Source of the DNA: Longimicrobiales bacterium
Lineage (GTDB): Bacteria; Gemmatimonadota; Gemmatimonadetes; Longimicrobiales; RSA9
Length of the DNA stretch: 64,000 nt
NCBI GenBank assembly: GCA_046483065.1
Contig: JAWODW010000037.1
Span: 1,779 to 65,778 of the forward strand
Direction: 5' to 3'
A program made the position numbers and the translations under genes. Under the pieces are notes generated by a model. It saw only the letters and a list, made by a program, of their open reading frames with translations. It was not told the DNA's origin and made no database searches. Below are positions 38,650-47,525 of the stretch, piece after piece; the stretch's first letter is position 1; each line of letters starts with the position of its first letter.

Positions 38650-40449
38650 ATGACCGCCCCTAATGTGGACCCGCGTTCCATGGAGGTCGAGGGCCTGGCG
38701 CTCGATCCCGGCGAGCAGAGAGCGGTCCGGGCCCGGCAGCTGCGCACGCTGAACACCCGCACGGTCCCCCTCCTGCGGCTCCTGGGCGCCAACTTCCTGG
38801 TGTTCGGCGCCGTGGTGCACAACAGCCTCATCCTGGGCCGGATCGACTGGACGGCGATCCTCGTCTACACCGCCTTCGTCGAGCTCTACTGTCTGGCCAG
38901 CTGGTGGGCCCTCGACCGATGGTACGACCCCGATGCGTCGCCGGACCTGGCACTCCTCTTCCTGGTGGCGGACCTCGTCCCCATGGCCATGGCCGTCTAC
39001 CTCACCGGCGCCGACGCCAGCTGGATCTTCTGGGTCTTCCTCGTCCGGGTGGTGGACCAGACCCACACGTACTTCATGCGGGCGTTCATGTTCACCTGGC
39101 TCGCCACGCTGGCCTATGCATCGGTGATCGGGTGGGCGGTGGTGGTGGACGGGGCCACGGTCAACCTCCCCGGCGAGATCGCCAAGCTCATGTTCCTGGT
39201 CCTGGCGGGGTCGTACATCTCGTTCACCGCCCGCACATCCGAGCGGGTCCGATCGCGCCTGGCCGACGCCATCCGCACGGCTCGACAGTCGGTGACCGAG
39301 CTGCGGGTGAAGTCGCGACAGCTGGAGCAGGCCCGGGAGGCCGCCGAGGCCGGGAGCCAGGCAAAGAGCCAGTTCCTGTCCCGGGTCAGCCATGAGCTGA
39401 GGACCCCGATGAACGCCATCCTCGGCTTCGCCCAGCTCCTCCAGTTGGACGAGATGACCGAGGAGCAGCAGGCCCACGTCGACGAGATCCTGACGGGCGG
39501 CCGCCACCTGCTCGACATCATCAACGAGGTCATGGACATCGCCCGGGTCGAAACAGGGTCCCTGGCCAAGGAGGTGGAGCCGATCCGGCTGGGGCCCGTG
39601 CTCCGGGAGGGGCTGGAGCGGGCGCAGCCCACCGCCGAGCGCCGGAACGTGACGCTCCCGGAGCGGCCGCCGCCGGGCTCGGACGCCTGGGTCATGGGCA
39701 GCCGGCGGAAGGTGCGGCAGGTCTTCGCCAACCTCCTCGACAACGCCATCAAGTACAACAGCTCGCCGGGCACCGTGTCGCTGGCCTGCGGGCACCGGGA
39801 CGGGACCCTACGGGTGAGCGTGACCGACACGGGCCCGGGGCTCCCAGCCGGCCGGATCGAAGCGGCGTTCACCCCCTTCGAGCGCCTCGGCGCGGAGAAG
39901 ACCGACCCCGACGGCACGGGGCTCGGCCTCCCGGTGGCACGATCCCTGGTGGAAGCCATGAACGGACGGATCGGCGTGGACTCGGAGCCGGGCTCCGGGA
40001 GCACCTTCTGGTTCGAGCTCCTGGAGGCCGAGCCCCCATTGCAGGAGGAGGCCAGAGTGGTGGACGCGGAGACCACCGGACCCCTGGTGCTCTACGTAGA
40101 CGACAAACCGGAAAACGTCGTGCTCGTCCGCCGGATCCTGGCCCGGCGCCCCACGGTCCGCCTGATCTCGTCACCGCTGGGGCTGAAAGGGCTGGAAACG
40201 GCACGGCAGCGCCGACCCGACCTGATCCTCCTCGACCTGGAACTCCCCGACATCGCCGGGCGAGAGGTGCTGACCCGGCTGCAGGACGACGTCGCCACCC
40301 GCGAGATCCCCGTGGTGGTGGTGAGCGCCGAGGCGGAACCGAGCAAGGTGGAGCGGCTCCTGGCCGAGGGCGCACGGGCCTACTTCGTCATGCCCTACGA
40401 CGTGGCGAAGTTCCTCGACGTGGTCGACGACCTGCTCGACCTGCGGTAG
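38650..40449 (+). CDS. Hybrid sensor histidine kinase (polytopic membrane sensor + HisKA/HATPase + C-terminal receiver)
   Basis: Start MTAPNVDPRS at ATG 38650. About 6 TM helices. H-box FLSRVSHELRTPMNAI, DTGPGL, GLGLPVA. Receiver VLYVDDKPENV...LILLDLELPDIAG. Confidence 0.88.
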   Translation: MTAPNVDPRSMEVEGLALDPGEQRAVRARQLRTLNTRTVPLLRLLGANFLVFGAVVHNSLILGRIDWTAILVYTAFVELYCLASWWALDRWYDPDASPDLALLFLVADLVPMAMAVYLTGADASWIFWVFLVRVVDQTHTYFMRAFMFTWLATLAYASVIGWAVVVDGATVNLPGEIAKLMFLVLAGSYISFTARTSERVRSRLADAIRTARQSVTELRVKSRQLEQAREAAEAGSQAKSQFLSRVSHELRTPMNAILGFAQLLQLDEMTEEQQAHVDEILTGGRHLLDIINEVMDIARVETGSLAKEVEPIRLGPVLREGLERAQPTAERRNVTLPERPPPGSDAWVMGSRRKVRQVFANLLDNAIKYNSSPGTVSLACGHRDGTLRVSVTDTGPGLPAGRIEAAFTPFERLGAEKTDPDGTGLGLPVARSLVEAMNGRIGVDSEPGSGSTFWFELLEAEPPLQEEARVVDAETTGPLVLYVDDKPENVVLVRRILARRPTVRLISSPLGLKGLETARQRRPDLILLDLELPDIAGREVLTRLQDDVATREIPVVVVSAEAEPSKVERLLAEGARAYFVMPYDVAKFLDVVDDLLDLR

Positions 40450-40504
40450 CGAGCCACCCCGGCCCCGACAGGCGACCCGCGGCTACGCACCGCGGGGCCG
40501 ACGA

Positions 40505-41278
40505 CTACGCGTCCCGGTCCAGGACGTACACGTTCCGCTGCGCCGACGGTAGCAGCACCATCCGCAGGATGTTGACATGGGCCGGCAGGTTCGCCACGTA
40601 CGCCACGGCGTCGGCCACATCGTCGCCGGTGAGCGGCTGGAACCCGTCGTAGACGCTCTCCGCCCGCTCCTCATCACCGTGGAACCGCACCACGCTGAAC
40701 TCCGTCTCCACGAACCCCGGGTCCACGCTCGAGACCCGGAGCCCCGTCCCCGTGACGTCCAGGTTGATGGCCTCCGTCAGCGCCGTTACCGCGAACTTGC
40801 TGGCGTTGTAGACGTTGCCCTTCGGATAGACCTGGTGGCCGGCCGTGCTGCCGATGTTGATGATATGGCCCCGGTCCGCCTCGATCATCGACGGGAGCAG
40901 GAGCCGCGTCACGTTCAGCAACCCCTTCACGTTCGTGTCGATCATCCGGTCCCAGTCGTCGAAGCTGCCCTCCTGGACCGTGTCGAACCCGGCGGCCAGC
41001 CCGGCATTGTTGACCAGGATGTGGGGCGGCCCCGCCTCGTCCAGGAGCCGGTCCACCGCCGCCCGCACGGCGTCCCGGTCCCGTACATCGACGCTCGCCA
41101 CGTGGACGGCCACGCCGTGCTCCCGGGCCAGCTCGTCCGCCAGCCGCTTCAGCCGCTCTTCCCGACGGGCCCAGAGCGCCACGTCGGCGCCCTCGGCCGC
41201 GAGCCTGCGCGCGCAGGCCTCTCCGATCCCCGAGCTCGCACCCGTCACCAGGGCGAGCTTGCCTTCGATTCTGTTCAT
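40505..41278 (-). CDS. SDR family NAD(P)-dependent oxidoreductase
   Basis: Start MNRIEGKLALVTGASSGIGEA (TGxxxGxG). NNAG. Catalytic Y..NASK (YNASKFA). Confidence 0.9.
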   Translation of the reverse strand: MNRIEGKLALVTGASSGIGEACARRLAAEGADVALWARREERLKRLADELAREHGVAVHVASVDVRDRDAVRAAVDRLLDEAGPPHILVNNAGLAAGFDTVQEGSFDDWDRMIDTNVKGLLNVTRLLLPSMIEADRGHIINIGSTAGHQVYPKGNVYNASKFAVTALTEAINLDVTGTGLRVSSVDPGFVETEFSVVRFHGDEERAESVYDGFQPLTGDDVADAVAYVANLPAHVNILRMVLLPSAQRNVYVLDRDA

Positions 41279-41293
41279 ACCGTCAAGCTTTCG

Positions 41294-41582
41294 ACGCGAA
41301 GACACGAAGTCAAATGCGCGAAGGCGCGGAGAACGGCAGCAGGGCACGCGAAGGCGCGGAGATCGCGAAGGGGTGCGTCGTGGGCCGAAACCTGTTCTCA
41401 GATCCCGACGACCGGTTCCGGGTGGAGACGGTGGGCTCGACGTTCGCTGCGAAGCCCGACCCGCCCGGACAACCCCATGTCACGAAGTCTGCTCCGCCCG
41501 GATGGTCCGACCCCACCGGCGAGCCCGCCCTTCGCGATCTTCGCGTCTTCGCGTGGGATGCAGTGCTTCGCGTCTTCGCGCG
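41294..41582. repeat. Palindromic CGCGAAG/CGCGGAG heptad element
   Basis: The left arm CGCGAAGGCGCGGAGATCGCGAAGG is the reverse complement (21/25) of the right arm CCTTCGCGATCTTCGCGTCTTCGCG. The right arm nearly duplicates 5641..5670. Confidence 0.85.
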
Positions 41583-41594
41583 AACCCGAGGGTG

Positions 41595-41636
41595 GGACCC
41601 ACCGCGTCGCCCGGACCCACCGCGTCGCCCGGACCC
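41595..41636. repeat. 18-bp tandem duplication (GGACCCACCGCGTCGCCC x2.3) abutting the DinB stop codon
   Basis: Copies at 41595..41612 and 41613..41630, with a partial third at 41631..41636. Confidence 0.9.
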
Positions 41637-42163
41637 TACCGATACCGCTCGTCGAGGATCGCCCGGTGGTGGATCTCGTGGCCGGCGATGACCCAGGCGA
41701 TGCCCCGGGGCGTGAACGTCACGCCGCTGGCGGTGCCCGTCCGGAGCAGTGCTGCATCGGTGAGGCCGCGGAAGAGAGCCGCGGTGGATGCCCGGACCGC
41801 CGCGAGCTCGGCCTTCACGCCGTCGAGGGTGCGGGGCGCCAGGTCATCGGGAACCACGTAGTCGTCCTGCGCGAAGCCCGGCAGCGGCGTGGCATCGCCC
41901 CGGGCGATCCGGAGCGCACGATAGCCGAACACCCGCTCGGTATCGGCCAAATGGACCAGGACCTCCTTCAGACTCCATTTCCCGGCGGCGTACCGGTAGT
42001 CGGGGTCCACGCCGAGAGCGTCGACCACGCGGAAGGTCTCCTCCAGCTGTCCGGCCAACGCCGAGAGCAGGCTCCCCGCCGGTCGGTGCTCCAGGTAGCC
42101 GCGGTAGTACTCGGCTACCTCGTCCGGGCCGGGACGGCCGTCCAGCACGCCGATGCCGCTCAC
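41636..42163 (-). CDS. DinB-family (DinB_2-like) four-helix-bundle metalloprotein
   Basis: GTG 42163 forms a GTGA overlap with the upstream stop. EVLVHLADTERVFGYR and IAGHEIHHRAIL His motifs. Confidence 0.75.
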   Translation of the reverse strand: MSGIGVLDGRPGPDEVAEYYRGYLEHRPAGSLLSALAGQLEETFRVVDALGVDPDYRYAAGKWSLKEVLVHLADTERVFGYRALRIARGDATPLPGFAQDDYVVPDDLAPRTLDGVKAELAAVRASTAALFRGLTDAALLRTGTASGVTFTPRGIAWVIAGHEIHHRAILDERYR

Positions 42164-43062
42164 TCGGGGACCCCGCAGTCGCTCCGGGGCAGCGCTCGGC
42201 CGGGTGCCTCGATCCGGGCTTCCACCCGGGCCACCACCGCCGGACGCATGTCCAGGAACCGATGGACCAGGACCGTGTCGATCCCGGCAAGCACCGCCTC
42301 GAAGGAGTCGGCCGGGAGGCTGCGGTACCGCCGCCACGGCCGCCCCAGATCGCCGGGCTCGGCGATGGAGTCGATCTCCGCCTCCCAGCACGTGGTCGGC
42401 CGCGTGGTGGGCTGATACTCGAAGGCCCGGTTGTGGTCGATGGCTACCACCCGGTCACCCACAAGCAGCCAGTTGTTCGGGTGCCGGTCGCTGTTCCCGA
42501 TGATCGCGTCGAACAGACGCAGCGCGTCAGGCTTGCCGGCACCCTCGTCCGGCGGCGAGCGGGCGTCGGCCACGAAGTACATGGTCGAACCCGACAGGGT
42601 GTCCCCCTGCTGGTTCCTGATCCGGGTCCTGATGGTCATGGGCGTGAGATCCATGGCCAGGACCCGGTCGATCCGGTAGGTGGCCACTTCCCGGTCGGCG
42701 CCGCACTCGGGGCAGAAGATGTCGGAACCGTCCACCTTGAAGATGGACCGCACACCCGCCCCGTGATCGAGACGCCAGGTGTACGAGACGCCCTGGCTGT
42801 CCATGGCCAGCGGCGTGGCGGCCTCGGGCCACCCCCGGAGCCGTCCCTCGAGCCGGACCAGGACCTCCTCCGCACCCGCCGTGTCCCCGGCCGCCCGGAG
42901 CGTCCACGCGGCCTCCTGCAGACGCCCGCGCTCCAGCAGACTGTCCACCACGGCCTCGGCCCCGGCACCCTGAGCCGCCGCCGGCAGAGGCGCCCACGCC
43001 CCCGCCACCCACGCGGCCAGCCCCAGGACGATCACCCGCATTCCTCGCCTCGTTCCCTTCAT
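42160..43062 (-). CDS. Signal-peptide protein with PI3/PI4-kinase-like catalytic motifs, paralogue 3 (divergent)
   Basis: Start MKGTRRGMRVIVLGLAAWVAGAWA... Motifs FKVDG (Lys), REVATYRIDRVLAMDLTPMT, IIGNSDRHPNNWLL (DRHxxN), VAIDHNRAF. Confidence 0.65.
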   Translation of the reverse strand: MKGTRRGMRVIVLGLAAWVAGAWAPLPAAAQGAGAEAVVDSLLERGRLQEAAWTLRAAGDTAGAEEVLVRLEGRLRGWPEAATPLAMDSQGVSYTWRLDHGAGVRSIFKVDGSDIFCPECGADREVATYRIDRVLAMDLTPMTIRTRIRNQQGDTLSGSTMYFVADARSPPDEGAGKPDALRLFDAIIGNSDRHPNNWLLVGDRVVAIDHNRAFEYQPTTRPTTCWEAEIDSIAEPGDLGRPWRRYRSLPADSFEAVLAGIDTVLVHRFLDMRPAVVARVEARIEAPGRALPRSDCGVPE

Positions 43063-43436
43063 CCCACCTCGCCCTCCGCTCGAAGATCGGCAGCACGCAG
43101 CCACGAAGGACAAGCTCTATCCGCTGCGCCCGATCCGCCAGGGTGACCCACCGATTCGTACCGCGCCCTCTCCCTGGTCGACGGCAGGCTGAGGAGACGG
43201 AGAAGTACGAAGCGGCTCTACAGGTACAGGCCGACGGAGACGGCGACGAAGAGGAAAAGGGCAGCCTCCCGGGTGAGACTCTCCGCGGCGCTGCGTTCCG
43301 AAAGCTGCGAAACCGCTGGCATGTGTCGGGCAAACGCATCAACAACTTCGGAGATGAACCCAGGAAATTTTCGGGCGGGGATCGGGGTATGCCGTAAGTG
43401 TAACCCCAGCAAGGACTTACGATTTTCCGCCGAAAA

Positions 43437-44579
43437 TCAGCTCCAGTCGCTGGGCTGGTCGAAGTGGCGGCGGGAGAGGATGAGGGAGCGGCCCTGTGTG
43501 ACTTCACGGCGGAAGCCCAGGAGGTGGAAGACTTCGGTGGTGTACCAGCGGGCCACGCGTCGATCGACGATGACAGCGTCGGCGATGTAGGGGTGGCGTC
43601 GGACGCCGGGCAGGAGTGGAGCGAAGCGGTCGAGGCCGAGTCGTCGCAGGAGTGTGGAGAGTGCGAGCCAGAAGGGGCGGACATCGCGGGTGAGGAAGAA
43701 GCCGTCGTCGCCCCGGTTCTGGTAGAGGGGCATGAGGAGCCGTCCGTTCTCGGGGGCGAGTACGGGGCGGCCATCGCCCCAGCTGCCGAGCCGCTGGCCG
43801 GCGTCCACGGGCTGGAAGCTGCGGAACCCCGGCTCCATGATCAAGGTGCGGCCGCTCGGGATCTCGTGGCGGTAGCGGATCTCCACCACGCGGGGCTGGC
43901 CGCGAGCGGCTTCCCGGAGCCGGGTCTCGGGGTCGGGGCCGGGTACGTGCATTCTGTGGAGGATCCCTGCGGCGGTCAGGGCGATCCACGCCACGGCCTC
44001 GAGGCGGTCCACGGCCTCGGGGCTGTCGTGGCGCCCGCCCTCGCACCCCATGGTGACGCACCCCCGGTTGTTGACGTACTCCAGGAACGTGGCGGCGAGC
44101 TGTTCCTCGAGGCCCAGGACCATGGGGAGCGGGAACTGCTCGGCGAAGCGCCGGTTGCGGAGGGTGTCGCCCACGGTGAGGAAGGGGGGCGTGTCACCGG
44201 AGGTGGTGTGAAAGTCCACGACGATGGGCGGGCCATCGGCCCGGCGGAATGCGGGCCGGATGGCGTCGAGGAGCTCGCGTCGCTCCCGGTCCTCGACGCG
44301 GGTGCTCCCCGGGTGATCCCTGTCGATGGCCTCGGGCCACCATTCCCGGTTCATGTCGGAGTCGACGAAGCGGACGCCCCGACCGAGGGCCGTGACGTTG
44401 CCCACCACGGCCAGCACCTCGCCGTGAAGCTCGTCGGCGGGCGGCAAGCGGCGGAAGACACGACGGAGCGCATCCACGCCGGCGGGCTCGTTGCCGTGGA
44501 GCGAGCCGACGAACACCAGGGTGCGGCCGGGTCCACCGCGGCGGTGGCCGATGACGCGGTCGGCGAGCCGCTCCGTCAC
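43437..44579 (-). CDS. Succinylglutamate desuccinylase/aspartoacylase (AstE/ASPA, M14-like) family protein
   Basis: VFVGSLHGNEPAG zinc-binding HxxE motif, ..DFHTTSG.. Overall length and order are typical of the family. Confidence 0.8.
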   Translation of the reverse strand: MTERLADRVIGHRRGGPGRTLVFVGSLHGNEPAGVDALRRVFRRLPPADELHGEVLAVVGNVTALGRGVRFVDSDMNREWWPEAIDRDHPGSTRVEDRERRELLDAIRPAFRRADGPPIVVDFHTTSGDTPPFLTVGDTLRNRRFAEQFPLPMVLGLEEQLAATFLEYVNNRGCVTMGCEGGRHDSPEAVDRLEAVAWIALTAAGILHRMHVPGPDPETRLREAARGQPRVVEIRYRHEIPSGRTLIMEPGFRSFQPVDAGQRLGSWGDGRPVLAPENGRLLMPLYQNRGDDGFFLTRDVRPFWLALSTLLRRLGLDRFAPLLPGVRRHPYIADAVIVDRRVARWYTTEVFHLLGFRREVTQGRSLILSRRHFDQPSDWS

Positions 44580-45016
44580 GGCGCGTCGGTGCGGCGGGGT
44601 GCGTCGGCCAGGAGCTCGCCGGCCACGCGCGCCACGTCGTGCTCGCTGAGGATCCCGACCACGCGGTGGTCGTCCACCACGGGCACGGCGGAGACGTCGT
44701 GCTCGAGCATGAGCCGGATGGCCTCACGCAGCGGGGTGGCGGTGGTGACGGTGACGGGGTCCGGGATCATGAAGGCGTCCACCCGGCCGCCTTCTTCAAT
44801 CTCGCCCGCGCGGCGGGCGGCCAGGAGCCGGAGGACCGCTCGATAGGAGACGATCCCGAGGAGGCGTCCGTCGTGGTCCACCACCACCAGCTGGCGGATC
44901 CTGCGCCGCTCCATCAGGAGCCCCGCCAGGTCGAGCCGATCGTCAGGGGCCACGGTCAGGAGCTCCGTGGTCATGGCGCTGCCGACCGTGGGCCGATCCG
45001 TGTGCGTGGGATTCAC
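44576..45016 (-). CDS. CBS domain pair protein
   Basis: Two CBS motifs (VGSAMTTELLTVAPDD...LVVVDHDGRLLGIVS; IPDPVTVTTATPLREAIRLMLEHDVSAVPVVDDHRVVGILS). 4-nt overlap with the downstream gene. Confidence 0.88.
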   Translation of the reverse strand: MNPTHTDRPTVGSAMTTELLTVAPDDRLDLAGLLMERRRIRQLVVVDHDGRLLGIVSYRAVLRLLAARRAGEIEEGGRVDAFMIPDPVTVTTATPLREAIRLMLEHDVSAVPVVDDHRVVGILSEHDVARVAGELLADAPRRTDAP

Positions 45017-45072
45017 TTCCCAACCTCCCGAAACTCCGGTGCGACGCGGCCTGGCCGGGTCGGCGAGTGCCG

Positions 45073-46110
45073 CTAGACCCCCTTCACGCCCCGCGCTTCG
45101 GGACTCTTCTCGGTGGGCACCCGGCGGAACCGCACGCGCTGACCGTCGTCCAGCGACTTGTAGCCGTCGCCGGCGATGTTCGAGTGGTGGACGAACACGT
45201 CCTCGCCGCCGTCGTCGGGCTCGATGAAGCCGAAGCCCTTGCTGTTGCTGAACCAGCGGACGGTTCCCGTGATCTCTCCCTCTTCGGGGCCGGCGGAGAG
45301 CTCGTCCTCGGAGATAACCCGATCGGGCTCCTCGAAGGAGTCGGCCACACCGGTCTCCTGCGTGGCGCCCACGTCGATGTCGAGGGGGTCGCGCAGCACC
45401 GACCGGCCCAGCTCCCGGGCCTCGCTCGACAGTGTACGGCCGACGAAGAGCACCTGCCGGTTCGCGGGAGTGAGCTCCAGGATCCGCTCGACTTCGGCGT
45501 GCCGCCCGCGCTGGAGGAGGATGTCGATGGGGTCGAAGACCAGGACCTCGACACCTTCGAGGCGGACGTTCCCGGCGTCGACGTGCTCCAGGAGCCGCTC
45601 GGGGGTGGCCACCAGGAGGTCGAAGCCAGCCCGGAGGTCCCGGACCTGGTCCTCGAACGGCACACTGCCGTGGATCTCGCCGACCCAGAGATCGGCCTCC
45701 TCGGCCAGGACCCGGGCCTGCGCGGCGATGTCCTCGACCATGTCCACGGCCGGACTCACGATCAGCGTGTGGAGCCCCTCCCGGTGGAGCTGGCGTTCCA
45801 GCGCCGGGACCAGGTACGCCCCGGTCTTCCCGGTGCCCTGTGGCGCGCTCATGAGGAGGTCGCGCCCGCTCCGCAACGCATCGATAGTCCGCGCCTGGAC
45901 GGGGCGGGCCTCGCGCCAGCCCATGTCCTCGAGCCCGACGCGCAGTGCGTCGTGCTCCACAAGGTCGGCGAAGCCGGCGGGCCCCTTCCGGGTACCCGGC
46001 GACGATGACGCCGGTTCACGACGACGGACCGTGGCCATCACGACCCAGACAACAACAGCTATGACCGCCACAACGAGGACGGTCACCCAGATTTCAGTAG
46101 ATAGATTCAT
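45073..46110 (-). CDS. Membrane-anchored protein: TM helix + degenerate DEAD-box helicase domain 1 + C-terminal cold-shock domain
   Basis: [28 protein letters not shown] (TM). Q-motif-like FADL...ARPVQ, motif [17 protein letters not shown] (Ib). DEAD is replaced by FDPID and SAT by GRT. No helicase-C domain. CSD has KGFGFI and VFVHHS RNP motifs. Confidence 0.75.
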   Translation of the reverse strand: MNLSTEIWVTVLVVAVIAVVVWVVMATVRRREPASSSPGTRKGPAGFADLVEHDALRVGLEDMGWREARPVQARTIDALRSGRDLLMSAPQGTGKTGAYLVPALERQLHREGLHTLIVSPAVDMVEDIAAQARVLAEEADLWVGEIHGSVPFEDQVRDLRAGFDLLVATPERLLEHVDAGNVRLEGVEVLVFDPIDILLQRGRHAEVERILELTPANRQVLFVGRTLSSEARELGRSVLRDPLDIDVGATQETGVADSFEEPDRVISEDELSAGPEEGEITGTVRWFSNSKGFGFIEPDDGGEDVFVHHSNIAGDGYKSLDDGQRVRFRRVPTEKSPEARGVKGV

Positions 46111-46153
46111 GCCCCAATCTTCCCGCGCTTCTGCCCCCCTTGTCAAGCAGGGG

Positions 46154-47488
46154 TCATTCCGACGACCCCGCAGCGAGCCACGCCGCTCGGTCGCCAGCGC
46201 GTACGTACAAGTGATCGCCTACCCGACCCAGGACATCTACGTTCTGGCCGGGTGCAAGGCGTGTGATCTCGGCCGATTCGATACTCGGAAGTTCGCGGAG
46301 CGGAGCGGCGGAGTCCACCGATGCCACCCGCAGCGAAGTGGTCGGCTCGGTCTGGCGAGCGGCCACGAAGCCCCGGCGGCCGCCCGGGATCTCGACCCGG
46401 AGCCAGTCGCCGGAGACGCCCAGGACACGGATCGGGACCTCCCGGTCGAGCCGATCGATCTCGGCCGCCTCCGTGCCGGGCCCCGCCCGGAGCCGCAGGT
46501 CCTGGGTCCCGACCCGTCGCCACGTGCCCGGCTGCACATCGAAGAGCGCCGGCGGGTCGGTGACCAGCGGCTGGACGAACGGCATGGGGTCCAGGGGTCC
46601 CACCCCTCGGCGGTAGACGCCGAAGTGGAGGTGGGGCGGCGTGGTGCGGGCGTTGCCCGAGTTGCCCACCAGCCCCAGGGTGTCCCCGGGTCGGACTTCC
46701 ATCCCCCGCTCCACCCACTGCTCCTCCAGGTGGGCGTAGTAGATGGACTGGCCCCGCTCCTCGTCTCTGAGCCAGACCACCCGCCCGCCGATGGGCGTGG
46801 TCCGGACCGACCGGACTACGCCGGCCGTAGCGGCGATGACCGGCGTACCACGACGGGCGAAGATATCGATCCCGTGATGGTCACGGCGCCCGCCATCGCG
46901 GGAGTCGCCGAAGAAGCTCCGCACGGACCGCGGGCCGCCGTCGTATACGGGGAACGCCAGCGTCGGCTCCATGGTGGCCGTCAGGATGTAGCGACCGCCC
47001 CGAAGCAGCTCGGGCTGGACGCGGATGATGAACGTGCCGTCGCGGGACGGCTCGTGGACCAGTCGGAGCCCGCCGCTGTCGGCGGCGGCCACTCGCTCGG
47101 GCGCCTCCGTGGAGTCCGCCGGCGCCCGGAACAGGTCCAGAAAGATCAGCGTGTTGGTGGGCGGATCCAGCCGGAGGTCGAAGGTGAGCCGCTGGCCCGC
47201 TCGCGCATGGAAGCGATAGCCCACGGCGTCGGGCCGGGACGAGTCCAGGTAGCCGGTCTCCCGGAACGGCGTGTCCACCGGCGGCGCTTCATCGAGCGCC
47301 CGCCGTGCCGCCCGGTTCCACAGGCGCCCCAGCGCCGCGCCATCGAGCCCGGCTTCCTCCAACCGGAGGGCGTAGTGCTCGTGCGGCGCGGCAGCCGCCC
47401 GCTGCTCCCCGACGGCAGGGACGAATCCACGCCCGAGCCAGAATCCGAGCCCGCCTACCGCCACCACCAGAAGGATCCACCATCGCAT
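46154..47488 (-). CDS. M23 family metallopeptidase with N-terminal membrane anchor and C-terminal SH3-like region
   Basis: [18 protein letters not shown] anchor. [37 protein letters not shown]. Confidence 0.88.
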   Translation of the reverse strand: MRWWILLVVAVGGLGFWLGRGFVPAVGEQRAAAAPHEHYALRLEEAGLDGAALGRLWNRAARRALDEAPPVDTPFRETGYLDSSRPDAVGYRFHARAGQRLTFDLRLDPPTNTLIFLDLFRAPADSTEAPERVAAADSGGLRLVHEPSRDGTFIIRVQPELLRGGRYILTATMEPTLAFPVYDGGPRSVRSFFGDSRDGGRRDHHGIDIFARRGTPVIAATAGVVRSVRTTPIGGRVVWLRDEERGQSIYYAHLEEQWVERGMEVRPGDTLGLVGNSGNARTTPPHLHFGVYRRGVGPLDPMPFVQPLVTDPPALFDVQPGTWRRVGTQDLRLRAGPGTEAAEIDRLDREVPIRVLGVSGDWLRVEIPGGRRGFVAARQTEPTTSLRVASVDSAAPLRELPSIESAEITRLAPGQNVDVLGRVGDHLYVRAGDRAAWLAAGSSE

Positions 47489-47525
47489 GGCTAGCTTAAC
47501 CCTCCAGCCGCGATGGCGTTCCGAA

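Noticed and set aside
43218-43412. A 64-aa minus-strand ORF with a hydrophobic C-terminus.
   Set aside because: It has mixed or poor GC3 and no RBS at the listed start. It overlaps the hairpin region 3' of the AstE-like gene. The evidence is insufficient to call a gene.
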